A stretch of 64,000 bases of DNA, from assembly GCA_964394645.1 (NCBI GenBank), contig CAYMYC010000001.1, positions 479,359 through 543,358 of the forward strand, in the 5' to 3' direction. Positions 20,356-28,947 of this stretch are shown here, one piece after another. A program made the translations under genes and the position numbers. Each line of letters begins with the position of its first letter. The stretch's first letter is position 1. The DNA comes from an uncultured Gammaproteobacteria bacterium. Its GTDB lineage: Bacteria; Patescibacteriota; Microgenomatia; Levybacterales; GWA1-39-11. The notes below the pieces were generated by a model that was given only the letters and a program-made list of their open reading frames with translations, was not told the DNA's origin and ran no database searches.

Positions 20356-21159
20356 ATGAAAGAACAACGAGGCTATATTCCGTTTATGGAAAAACATCCA
20401 CATAGTAAAAATGTTCAGGGTAGCTATAAAAAGGCAGATTTACATTTGCATACAAATCGAACTGATGGTACTCTCACGCCACAAAAGGTTGTAGATAAAG
20501 CACTTGCTGTAGGTCTAGATGCTATAGCAATTACTGATCACAATACAATTGTGTCCTCTGAAATCGCATTTGATTACGTTCAACAAAAAGGACTTCAATT
20601 AGAAGTCGTAAAGGGCATTGAGGTTTCTTCACGAGACGGACATGTATTAGCTTTAGGCATGTCTTGCGATGTTGAAAGAGGCAGATCACTTGAAGATACA
20701 ATACGAGACATACATAGACAAAATGGTTTGGTTATAATACCTCACCCAGATCTCAAGGGTGCATCTTCGGTTCATTTAGGTCTACTACATGAATTATTGG
20801 GAAGTAAAGATATCGACTTATATTTAGATGGTATAGAGGTAGTAAATGGTTCAGAATTGATGATGCGAAGATTTGATAAACTGGGTATAATTGCTAGAAG
20901 AGATGATTCTAGAATAAGACAATTTTTAAATTTACACGAGGAAAACCCTAAAATGGGTAGTTTAGTAGGCAATACAGATGCACATACAAAAAATGTAGGA
21001 TTTGGTATTAGTCTCTACAGCAGTGAAAGTGTTCTTAGCGCATTACGCAATAAAGCTACTGTGCCGATGCAGACTACCACAACAATTTTAGAGGACCTGG
21101 GTCAATCTTTGAGGATGGCATATTCGGTTATAACGAGCCATTTAAGTGGAAGAATATAG
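20356..21159 (+). CDS. PHP-family metal-dependent phosphoesterase (TrpH/YciV-like)
   Basis: 267 aa with DLHLHTNRTDGTLTPQKVVDKALAVGLDAIAITDHNT, the PHP motif I/II layout of TrpH-like proteins. The start is 2 nt after the PLD stop. Confidence 0.8.
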   Translation: MKEQRGYIPFMEKHPHSKNVQGSYKKADLHLHTNRTDGTLTPQKVVDKALAVGLDAIAITDHNTIVSSEIAFDYVQQKGLQLEVVKGIEVSSRDGHVLALGMSCDVERGRSLEDTIRDIHRQNGLVIIPHPDLKGASSVHLGLLHELLGSKDIDLYLDGIEVVNGSELMMRRFDKLGIIARRDDSRIRQFLNLHEENPKMGSLVGNTDAHTKNVGFGISLYSSESVLSALRNKATVPMQTTTTILEDLGQSLRMAYSVITSHLSGRI

Positions 21160-21167
21160 CAATTATT

Positions 21168-21986
21168 ATGATATATCCATTAAATATTGCTACATACAAT
21201 ACTCAATTCTCTACTAATCCCCAAAAAATAAAGGATGATGTGCTAGCTCTGGTTCAACAAGGGGTTTTTGTGATCTGCTTGCAAGAAATTGTACATTACG
21301 ATAGGAGCATATTTATTCTCGATACGCTTCAAAAGGTTTTGGGATCTGACTGGCGAGAAATTTCTAATTTGGGTAAAGAAAAAAATAACAAAGGAATGGG
21401 AAATAGTATCTTGTGGAACGAGAAGAAAATAAAACTTGAGACCATGCAGAAGATTTTTCTACCTAAATCCAAGTTTCTTTCAATTCATGAGCTACTTTTT
21501 TCATTAATCGCAGGCGGAGTATTAGTTCCTTTTCAAAGACGATCAGTTATTGGAACATTTCGATTAAGAGGAAAACGTATAAGAATCACAAATTTACACC
21601 TTGATCATAATGGGGGGTTATATAATAGACAAAAACAACTAGAGTATGTCCTCAATTGCATAAGAAAAGATAAGAAAGTTGATGGCGAAGTTATTTGTGG
21701 GGATTTTAACATTCTTGATATTCGTAAAAATAGTGAAGAGTACGAGCTGCAGAAAAGAATTATTGGATCAGACTTTCAGGATGTAACGAGTAATATTGCA
21801 TGGACAGCAGACATTGGGAACACAAAATTCAAATATGGTTCATTTGTTAACTTACTTATTCGGTATATTCATATAAGAAGAAAGCTTGATTTTATATGGG
21901 TTAAAAATATGAAGAGCATAAAATCTAAAACGCTTCCTTTAAACGCTTCTGACCATGTTCCTCTTATAGCCTTTTTAAAAATTTAA
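21168..21986 (+). CDS. Endonuclease/exonuclease/phosphatase (EEP) family protein
   Basis: 272 aa. Conserved EEP blocks VICLQE near the N-terminus, ITNLHLDH, VICGDFN and the C-terminal SDHVPL. Confidence 0.75.
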   Translation: MIYPLNIATYNTQFSTNPQKIKDDVLALVQQGVFVICLQEIVHYDRSIFILDTLQKVLGSDWREISNLGKEKNNKGMGNSILWNEKKIKLETMQKIFLPKSKFLSIHELLFSLIAGGVLVPFQRRSVIGTFRLRGKRIRITNLHLDHNGGLYNRQKQLEYVLNCIRKDKKVDGEVICGDFNILDIRKNSEEYELQKRIIGSDFQDVTSNIAWTADIGNTKFKYGSFVNLLIRYIHIRRKLDFIWVKNMKSIKSKTLPLNASDHVPLIAFLKI

Positions 21987-21995
21987 TCTAGTCTG

Positions 21996-22988
21996 GTGTG
22001 TGTGCTTGCGTGGATTTATTGCTTAACATATAATGCGCACATGGGAAATAAACGCGAAGCAATGAGGTTCGTAAGCTCGATTGCAAATGTAACTAATAAA
22101 AATAGTCCCCTTAGAGAATTACCTTGGGTGTTAAAACGAATTGTGGATGCAGACGTAGCTCAAATAGAAAATGCTGAAGAGATATCCGCGGGTGTAGAGA
22201 AGATGGAACGTGTTCTTATGTATGCCCAAAGAGCGGTAGAGATGGGGTATATACTTTCGGAAATGTTTGTAAAAAATGAGTACGGCAATTGGTTTCCCCG
22301 CACAGAGATGCCAAGAATAATTGATCTTGGAGGAGACCCCGGAACGTTTTCAGCGCTTTATTGGAAACATAAAGCTCCTAAAGCAAATATAACTGCGGTC
22401 GAGGCAAATCCAGTTACGGCGAGTGTAATGCAGGATGGTCTCAAACGAAGAGGAATCGAGGGTATCAAAGTTGTGAACGCAGCCGTAACCGGTGAATCAA
22501 ACGGTATAGCAACTCTCCATCTACATAAGCCACGGAAAGGTTGGCACACACAAGACTATGTAAGTCAATCAAGTACTACACAAGCAGAAAATGGACATGC
22601 AATACAGGTCCCTACAATAGCTGCATCTGATTTGATTGGAGATCAAGAGAAAATAGATTTATTAAAAATTGACATTGAAGGTTCAGAAGGAGATGCAATA
22701 AAAGATCTTAGTCAGTCCGGAAAATTAAAGCAGATAGAAATGATAATTATGGAGTTCCATCATGATCCAATCGGAAATTCGCAAAATTCAATTGAAGAAA
22801 TGCTTAGAATATTAGAGGAAAATGACTTTACTATTTTAGCTGCTCATCTGACCGTAGGAAAGGGAATGAGAAGAAAGAGGAAAATATCCACAGATAGAAT
22901 TGCTCGAATAGCATCTGTACAAAGGAAAGTTTTTTTAACGTTCAGTGCGGTACAACAAGACCAAGTTAGTGAGCCACGTGTGCTTTAA
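21996..22988 (+). CDS. FkbM-family SAM-dependent methyltransferase
   Basis: 330 aa with the SAM-binding region IIDLGGDPGTFSALYW...ITAVEANP. FkbM-like C-terminal acidic blocks (KIDIEGSEGDAI...MEFHHDP). The true start may be an internal Met at about 22041-22062. Confidence 0.7.
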   Translation: MCVLAWIYCLTYNAHMGNKREAMRFVSSIANVTNKNSPLRELPWVLKRIVDADVAQIENAEEISAGVEKMERVLMYAQRAVEMGYILSEMFVKNEYGNWFPRTEMPRIIDLGGDPGTFSALYWKHKAPKANITAVEANPVTASVMQDGLKRRGIEGIKVVNAAVTGESNGIATLHLHKPRKGWHTQDYVSQSSTTQAENGHAIQVPTIAASDLIGDQEKIDLLKIDIEGSEGDAIKDLSQSGKLKQIEMIIMEFHHDPIGNSQNSIEEMLRILEENDFTILAAHLTVGKGMRRKRKISTDRIARIASVQRKVFLTFSAVQQDQVSEPRVL

Positions 22989-22992
22989 GCGC

Positions 22993-23021
22993 TTGACTGA
23001 TAAAATACCCTTTGGTAGAAT
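22993..23021 (+). promoter_or_regulatory. Candidate sigma70-like promoter TTGACT-N17-TAGAAT upstream of pyrG
   Basis: The -35 TTGACT is at 22993-22998 and the -10 TAGAAT at 23016-23021. The pyrG ORF begins at GTG 23027. The same 14-mer TTGACTGATAAAAT also precedes tRNA-Asp. Confidence 0.45.
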
Positions 23022-23026
23022 AAATC

Positions 23027-24700
23027 GTGCCGCTGAAGAACTTATCTGCTAAAAAAACAAAATACATTTTCGTCTCCGGAGGAGTCATTTCAGGTATCGG
23101 AAAAGGCTTAACTGCATCATCTATTTCTTACCTTCTTAAGTCTGCAGGTTATAAAGTTGCTCCCATAAAATTTGAAAATTATCTGAATATAGACGCAGGA
23201 ACAATAAATCCAATAGAGCATGGTGACCCTTTTCTTTGTGAGGATGGAACAGAAGGGGATATGGATATAGGGTCTTATGAAAAATTTCTCAATGAGGATA
23301 TGGGAAAGGAGAATTTTGTAACTATTGGGGCAATTTATAAGAGTGTGATTGACCGAGAGCGTAGGTTTGAGTATAACGGGGAAGATGTGGAAGCGATTCC
23401 TCATATAACTGATGAGATTACTTCTCGAATGACATCTTTAGCCAGAAAAAAGGACGCAGATATTGTTGTGGTAGAACTAGGAGGAACAGCTGGAGAGTAC
23501 CAAAACATTTTGTACTATGAAGCGTCCCGCATTATGACTTTAAGAAACCCTGGAGATGTAATTCACATACATGTGAGCTATATGCCTACCCCAGGACATC
23601 TAGGAGAGCCAAAAACAAAACCCACACAGTTGTCTGTAAGAACTTTAAACGGTATGGGCATACAGCCAGACTTAATAATTGCTCGTTCAGAAAAATATTT
23701 GGATCAGAGAAGACGTGACAGATTTGCTCTTTTCTGCAACATGCATCCAGAGGATATTATTAGTAATCCTGATGTAGACTATGTGTATGAAATTCCTGTA
23801 GTTTTGCATTCCCAGGGAATTGAGAAAAGGATATTTACAAAATTAGGGTTAGAATATAAAGCTCCAAAATTAGCTGAATGGGAAAAACTTATTGGAAAAA
23901 TAAAGGCACACAAAAAGAAAAAGGCAGAGATTGTAATAGTAGGGAAGTACTTTGGGACTGGAGACTATCAATTGCGGGATTCATACGCGGCTCTTTTTGA
24001 TGCGATTGATCATGCATCATGGGAAAGCGGAGTGGAGGTGTCTACACGTTGGGTGGACGCGGAGAAGTTGGAAAAAGAGGGTGTGGATAAAGCACTTGGA
24101 AGACCTGACGGAATTATAGTTCCTATAGGGTGGGGTGAGCGTGGTTCTGAAGGAATGATAAAAGCAGCAGAGTATGCGCTTGATAAAAAAATACCTTACT
24201 TAGGTCTTTGTTACGGTATGCAGCTTGCAGTCGTAGCATATGCGCGGCATGTTTTAGGTTGGAAAGATGCAAACACAACAGAAAATGATCCTCATACAAA
24301 GCATCCGGTAATTGCCATGATTGAATCTCAAAAAAAACTTATGGAAAGAAGATCGTATGGGGGCACAATGAGACTAGGAGGATGGGACGCTACGGTTAAA
24401 AAGGGTACGCGAGCATATGAAATATATAAAAGAGACGGTTTTAAAGGAGGGAAAGACGGATTAACATCTGAGAGGCACAGGCACAGATATGAATTTAATA
24501 ATAAATATGCAAACGATTTTGAAGGTGCTGGCTTAGTAATTTCTGCACGTTCAGTTGCAGAAAATTTAGTGGAAATTATTGAACTGTCCAAAACTAAACA
24601 CCCTTTTTTCATGGGAACTCAGGGACACCCTGAATATAAGAGTCGTCCTTTGCATCCACATCCTATTTTTGAAGAATTCTTGGATACTGCCTCAAAATAA
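23027..24700 (+). CDS. pyrG: CTP synthase
   Basis: 557 aa. N-terminal synthetase domain KYIFVSGGVISGIGKGLTASS. C-terminal class-I GATase with catalytic Cys in GLCYGMQLAV and His in HRHRYEFN. GTG start as called. Confidence 0.95.
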   Translation: MPLKNLSAKKTKYIFVSGGVISGIGKGLTASSISYLLKSAGYKVAPIKFENYLNIDAGTINPIEHGDPFLCEDGTEGDMDIGSYEKFLNEDMGKENFVTIGAIYKSVIDRERRFEYNGEDVEAIPHITDEITSRMTSLARKKDADIVVVELGGTAGEYQNILYYEASRIMTLRNPGDVIHIHVSYMPTPGHLGEPKTKPTQLSVRTLNGMGIQPDLIIARSEKYLDQRRRDRFALFCNMHPEDIISNPDVDYVYEIPVVLHSQGIEKRIFTKLGLEYKAPKLAEWEKLIGKIKAHKKKKAEIVIVGKYFGTGDYQLRDSYAALFDAIDHASWESGVEVSTRWVDAEKLEKEGVDKALGRPDGIIVPIGWGERGSEGMIKAAEYALDKKIPYLGLCYGMQLAVVAYARHVLGWKDANTTENDPHTKHPVIAMIESQKKLMERRSYGGTMRLGGWDATVKKGTRAYEIYKRDGFKGGKDGLTSERHRHRYEFNNKYANDFEGAGLVISARSVAENLVEIIELSKTKHPFFMGTQGHPEYKSRPLHPHPIFEEFLDTASK

Positions 24701-24740
24701 GAACGTTTCCTGGGTTTTTAACCCGTCTAAGCGTATTAGT

Positions 24741-24776
24741 GCTTAGAACTGTGCTTATCCTAAGCTTTTACTTTTT
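24741..24776 (+). terminator. Candidate rho-independent terminator after pyrG
   Basis: GCTTAG-13 nt-CTAAGC stem-loop followed by TTTTACTTTTT. It overlaps the start of the rplS promoter region. Confidence 0.4.
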
Positions 24777-24804
24777 GACTTTTGTCCTTATTTTTATGTA
24801 TAAT
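24775..24804 (+). promoter_or_regulatory. Candidate sigma70-like promoter TTGACT-N18-TATAAT for rplS
   Basis: The -35 is at 24775-24780 and the -10 at 24799-24804, 8 nt upstream of the rplS ATG at 24813. Confidence 0.5.
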
Positions 24805-24812
24805 ACTCTCTT

Positions 24813-25091
24813 ATGGAAGCAATAGAAGGTCTTCGGGAAGGACAATTCGTAAGAGTTTACCAAAAAATAACAGATGCTAAGAAAGAGCGTATTGTTCCTT
24901 TTCAGGGCAAAATTATTAAAGTTAAGGGTGCAGGGCTTAATAAAATGATTACGGTTCAAAATGCGCTAGAGGGTGTTATAGTTGATCGTATATTTCCTAT
25001 ATCTTCTCCGACGCTTACAAAAATAGAATTAATGGTTGTTAAGGAGTCAAAAAAAACAACACGAAAGAGAAACGCAAAAAAGCGCAAGTAA
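24813..25091 (+). CDS. rplS: 50S ribosomal protein L19
   Basis: 92 aa. L19 core FRVGDTV-like region (REGQFVRVYQKITDAKKERIVPFQGKIIKVKGAGLNKMITVQNALEGVIVDRIFPISSP) and a basic tail. Confidence 0.8.
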   Translation: MEAIEGLREGQFVRVYQKITDAKKERIVPFQGKIIKVKGAGLNKMITVQNALEGVIVDRIFPISSPTLTKIELMVVKESKKTTRKRNAKKRK

Positions 25092-25148
25092 AATCAATAT
25101 TCCTCACACTTCCACTGATTACCGATATATAATATTTTTACTACTGGT

Positions 25149-25502
25149 ATGAATAATTCTTTTGGAAGAGTGGGTGAGGATTTGGCACAAAAGTACTTAC
25201 TACAAAAAGAATATTATATTCTTGCTAAAAACTACCACAGTAAATTTGGCGAGATAGATATAATTGCATCAGACGGGTCTTCAATAGTGTTTGTAGAGGT
25301 AAAAACACGTACGCAGCTTCAATTTGGGACTCCTTTGGAAGCGATTACCAAACATAAACTTTCAAAAATGATAAAGACATCACAGTTTTATCTCTCACAA
25401 AGAAACATGCATAATAAACCATATAGGTATGATGCTATTGAAATACTTTTTAATAACTCGGAAAAACCTACCATAAATCATATTGTAAATATTACTTTTT
25501 AA
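25149..25502 (+). CDS. yraN: YraN/UPF0102 family endonuclease
   Basis: 117 aa with GEDLAQKYLLQKEYYILAKNYHSKFGEIDIIASDGSSIVFVEVKTR, the PD-(D/E)xK-like UPF0102 signature. Confidence 0.8.
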   Translation: MNNSFGRVGEDLAQKYLLQKEYYILAKNYHSKFGEIDIIASDGSSIVFVEVKTRTQLQFGTPLEAITKHKLSKMIKTSQFYLSQRNMHNKPYRYDAIEILFNNSEKPTINHIVNITF

Positions 25503-25572
25503 ACTGAAGGTAGTCATAAAAAGTCACAAAATAATACTTGATAGTTCGGGTGCAATACATAATACTTAACTC

Positions 25573-26151
25573 ATGACTGGACGTACACATGATTTAGCTG
25601 CCTTTTCCGCACTTTCTTTGATAGTTGCCACGCAAAACATTCCTCAAATGAGTTTGGCGACTGTTATTGTTGCAGTATCTGCAAACCTTATAGGAGGTTT
25701 AACTCCCGATATTGATCAACCTACTGCTGAACTGTGGCACAAAATTCCTGCAGGAACTGTCATAGGGAAGATTCTTTATCCACTATTAGGAGGTCATAGA
25801 TTTATTTCACATTCTGTAGTTGGAGTTATTTTATTTGGCTTTGGTGCCCATTTTCTTTTAGATGTTATTCACAGTGTTTTATTGGTGGATATGGGTGTAG
25901 TTTGGTGGTCATTTATGATCGGATATGTGTCACATTTAGTACTTGATACATTTACAAGAGATGGCGTTCCATGGCTATTTCCCATACCTATGAAAATGGG
26001 GATTCCTCCCTTAAAGCACCTTCGGATAAAAACGGGGGGGTCTATTGAAAAATCCATTGTTTTTCCTCTTCTTATGGTTTTCACAGCCTACGTTTATTAT
26101 GCAAATTACGCACGTTTCGTGGATTTTTTTAAATACTATATACATAAATGA
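25573..26151 (+). CDS. Membrane-bound metal-dependent hydrolase (DUF457/YdjM-like)
   Basis: 192 aa. Begins MTGRTHDLAAFSAL. Multi-TM with conserved His/Asp positions typical of the LexA-regulated YdjM family. Confidence 0.65.
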   Translation: MTGRTHDLAAFSALSLIVATQNIPQMSLATVIVAVSANLIGGLTPDIDQPTAELWHKIPAGTVIGKILYPLLGGHRFISHSVVGVILFGFGAHFLLDVIHSVLLVDMGVVWWSFMIGYVSHLVLDTFTRDGVPWLFPIPMKMGIPPLKHLRIKTGGSIEKSIVFPLLMVFTAYVYYANYARFVDFFKYYIHK

Positions 26152-26972
26152 AAAAAGCAGGGCATTTCTTTTTTTTACTTACGGGAGTAGTATTTTTTAC
26201 AATTCTACTGCTGCAATATTATTTATTTCCCTCTCAACCTGAAAATGTAACAAAAGAAAGTAATTCTAAAGTCGCTGGTATAAATACTGAAAATAGTAAA
26301 AGTACTCCTACCCCAAGTCTAATAAAACTTGCTAAAGAAGAGTACGTCATTGCGGCATTTGGAGATTCTATGATAGACACTATGGGTGAGAAAATGGAAT
26401 TCCTGCAGCGGGTACTTAAAAAAGAATACCCAGGCATTACGTTCAGGCTGTATAACTATGGTATTGGTGCTCAAAACGTGGAACAAGGGCTTGCTCGGTG
26501 GAATTCATCATTTAAAAATAGGGAAAGAAGTTTTCCTCCCATTTCAAGTCTTTCCCCTGATGTGATTCTTTTGGGGTCATATGCTTATAACCCTTTTAAT
26601 CCTCATGATTTGCAAAAATATAGGAATAGGCTTTCTGATTTAGTAAAAAAAGCTAAAGAAACAAAGGCTAAAGTGTATCTTTTGGCAGAAATTGCCCCGT
26701 TATATGATGGTTTTGGAGATGGTCCTAAAGGACCAAATATGTCAACTGCGTCTGCACACATGCAGGCAAATAATATACGAGAGCAGTTAGAACAAGTTGA
26801 GACAGTAGCAAAGAAACAAAAAATTGTGGTAATTGATATGTTTTCAAGAACGCAGTTTAATGGAAAATATGGGAATAGGTATTATACGAACCCTGATGAC
26901 GGAGTACATCCTTCAGATTATGGTCAAGAGGCTACTGCCGAGCAGATAGTGAAAACTGTAAAATTTGATTAA
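26148..26972 (+). CDS. SGNH/GDSL hydrolase family protein
   Basis: 274 aa. N-terminal TM or signal, then block I IAAFGDSMID with the catalytic Ser in GDS. The C-terminal DxxH-like region is DDGVHPSDYG. Confidence 0.75.
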   Translation: MKKAGHFFFLLTGVVFFTILLLQYYLFPSQPENVTKESNSKVAGINTENSKSTPTPSLIKLAKEEYVIAAFGDSMIDTMGEKMEFLQRVLKKEYPGITFRLYNYGIGAQNVEQGLARWNSSFKNRERSFPPISSLSPDVILLGSYAYNPFNPHDLQKYRNRLSDLVKKAKETKAKVYLLAEIAPLYDGFGDGPKGPNMSTASAHMQANNIREQLEQVETVAKKQKIVVIDMFSRTQFNGKYGNRYYTNPDDGVHPSDYGQEATAEQIVKTVKFD

Positions 26973-27542
26973 TTACTGACGCAGTTTCGCGTGTCTTTTT
27001 GTCGCTTCAACTAGTATTTTATTGTAACGCCCCCAAGTAGTTGATTTTTGTTCATAAAAATCTTTATCGTGGGGGTTAAGAGAGGGATTTTTAGCCATGT
27101 TTTCATATGTCTCAATCTTATTGTTTGCGTATCTACAAACATCATAAATCGTAAGCGACCCTATTATGTCCGCTGCCAGAATTGATTCATCCGTGTTTAG
27201 TGTTAGATAGTCTTCCTGCCTAAGTTTTTTCCAGTTATGGAAATAATCTAGAGCAAGTTTTCCTTTTTTTGGAATTGGAAGGTCATTTGGATTTCTGAAA
27301 CATTCTTCTAGAAAATTTTCTATGTAGATCCCTTTTGTGATTACTTCACCAATATCTTTAAATCTGATCCAATCTCTATCATCTCCATATATTTTTTCCT
27401 GGTCCTCTTTTTTATAATACTTCTGTATGTAGGAATTGGCATGGTCGGATGTAGATTCATGCGGTGGAGTATGAAATCTCTTTGCAAGAGCACGCCTGTC
27501 ATCATCTGTAAAACGGTCAGGTTGGTCGGATTCTAAGCCCAT
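26973..27542 (-). CDS. Hypothetical protein
   Basis: 189-aa ORF, charged, with no recognisable motif. The stop abuts the GDSL gene stop. Confidence 0.45.
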   Translation of the reverse strand: MGLESDQPDRFTDDDRRALAKRFHTPPHESTSDHANSYIQKYYKKEDQEKIYGDDRDWIRFKDIGEVITKGIYIENFLEECFRNPNDLPIPKKGKLALDYFHNWKKLRQEDYLTLNTDESILAADIIGSLTIYDVCRYANNKIETYENMAKNPSLNPHDKDFYEQKSTTWGRYNKILVEATKRHAKLRQ

Positions 27543-27604
27543 AGTCGAAAATTGTAATGGTATGGGGATAAAAAAGCAAGCGTGTTTTTAGAAATACTTT
27601 TGAG

Positions 27605-27640
27605 TGATCCAGACGTTTCTATAATCGAACCTTCATTTTC
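27605..27640 (+). repeat. Direct repeat R1 (25-nt core ccagacgtttctataatcgaacctt, 23/25 identical to R2)
   Basis: Found by eye. It is paired with 28141-28176, and the two copies bracket the small gene at 27780-28055. Confidence 0.8.
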
Positions 27641-27744
27641 AAATTTGGAGTTCTATGAATTGGTAGCTAGAATTCGTGAGGCGTTTGGAGAATTTAATAT
27701 GCTTAGATTGCTCTATACTTAGCCTTAAACTGATAAAACAAATA

Positions 27745-27773
27745 TTGACTTCATGAGGAGATTCTCATACTAT
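27745..27773 (+). promoter_or_regulatory. Candidate sigma70-like promoter TTGACT-N17-TACTAT for the small gene
   Basis: The -35 is at 27745-27750 and the -10 at 27768-27773, 6 nt before the ATG at 27780. It is preceded by aCTGATAAAAc (27729-27739), a variant of the motif seen upstream of tRNA-Asp and pyrG. Confidence 0.45.
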
Positions 27774-27779
27774 TAATCT

Positions 27780-28055
27780 ATGAAAAACAAGCAGACCCTT
27801 CTTGTGAGAAAGGATTTAGATGACGCATTTCAAAACTTCGCTACAAAACTTGATTTAGCTGAGGCATTAGAAGATGTCGATGAGAAAAATAGAGGCTATA
27901 GGGATCAAATACTCAATGGTCTAGATAAAGTTGTTAAGGAGCTAGAAACTATGAGAGAGGAAAATCTTGTAGGAGCGCATCAGATTGAAGAAATGTATGA
28001 AAAAGTAGAAAGCCACGAAAAGAGAATAACCAAGCTAGAATCCCCATCTCATTAA
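27780..28055 (+). CDS. Hypothetical small coiled-coil protein
   Basis: 91 aa, acidic and helical. Own promoter. Flanked by the R1/R2 direct repeats. Confidence 0.45.
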   Translation: MKNKQTLLVRKDLDDAFQNFATKLDLAEALEDVDEKNRGYRDQILNGLDKVVKELETMREENLVGAHQIEEMYEKVESHEKRITKLESPSH

Positions 28056-28140
28056 GGTTTCAAGATAAGTTCTTTAAGAAAAACGAGCCTATATTCAGAG
28101 TAGTTTTAAATTCAAAATAAAAGATCTTCAACTCAACTCA

Positions 28141-28176
28141 TGAGCCAGACGTATCTGTAATCGAACCTTTGTTCTT
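28141..28176 (+). repeat. Direct repeat R2 (core ccagacgtatctgtaatcgaacctt)
   Basis: Second copy of R1, in the same orientation, downstream of the small gene. Confidence 0.8.
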
Positions 28177-28197
28177 GGAATATGCAGAGAAAGTATC

Positions 28198-28839
28198 TCA
28201 GGCTTTTTTGTATACTACCTTCGTAATAAGTGAATTTTGTTTTTGCTGTTTAGAGTTCTTTATCATTTCCCTATAATGCTCTCCCACAATTACTTTTTTG
28301 TAGTCTGCGACCTTCTCAATAAATTCTATTCCCATTAGATGGTCGTATTCATGTTGAATTACTCGAGCAAGAATTCCATCACATTTTAGACTAAACTTTT
28401 CCCCCTTCTCGTCTAATGCCTCTACCTCTATCTCCTTGGGTCTTATTACAGGACCAAATAAATCTCCCTCAACAACACTTCCGCACCCTTCGTAAATTAT
28501 GCTTTTTGTCTTTGATTCATAAGTTATTCTAGGGTTGATGTAAAATCTTAATTTATCTTTCTTGCCTATATTTCGTGACTTGGTGTTTCTTGCATGTGTC
28601 ACAAAAACCATATAGTTTTCCGCTATCTGAGGTGCTGCTATACCAATCAAGTCTGTTTTAGTCATTGTATCTACGAGATCTTTTTTTAGCTTTATGAATA
28701 CTTTAGATTGGAGATCGGTAATTTTCTTATTCTTTTTCTTAAGAGATGGGTGACCTGCCTGAATTGTAGATCGTGCTGGCATACTGAGAGGAATTATATC
28801 ATAGAGATTATTGTTGAGTTTGTGAGCTCTCTGTTCCAC
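28198..28839 (-). CDS. def: Peptide deformylase
   Basis: All three PDF motifs are present: GIAAPQI, EGCGSV and QHEYDHLMG. The real start is probably the internal Met (MPARS...) rather than the first Met of the 213-aa ORF. Confidence 0.9.
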   Translation of the reverse strand: MEQRAHKLNNNLYDIIPLSMPARSTIQAGHPSLKKKNKKITDLQSKVFIKLKKDLVDTMTKTDLIGIAAPQIAENYMVFVTHARNTKSRNIGKKDKLRFYINPRITYESKTKSIIYEGCGSVVEGDLFGPVIRPKEIEVEALDEKGEKFSLKCDGILARVIQHEYDHLMGIEFIEKVADYKKVIVGEHYREMIKNSKQQKQNSLITKVVYKKA

Positions 28840-28947
28840 AGGTGGAACACCTGTTTAATAGTTTAATCAAGACATATTATAGATTACAGGAGCTTGGTGT
28901 CCAAGAGGTCGATGGCAAAACTGTAGTCGTAGATACAAAGGAGGTTA

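Noticed and set aside
27605-28176. R1/R2 repeats as tRNA 3' fragments (they contain GGTTCGATT on the opposite strand)
   Set aside because: No complementary T-stem or acceptor stem can be drawn around the TTCGATT. They are a repeat and not a tRNA remnant.
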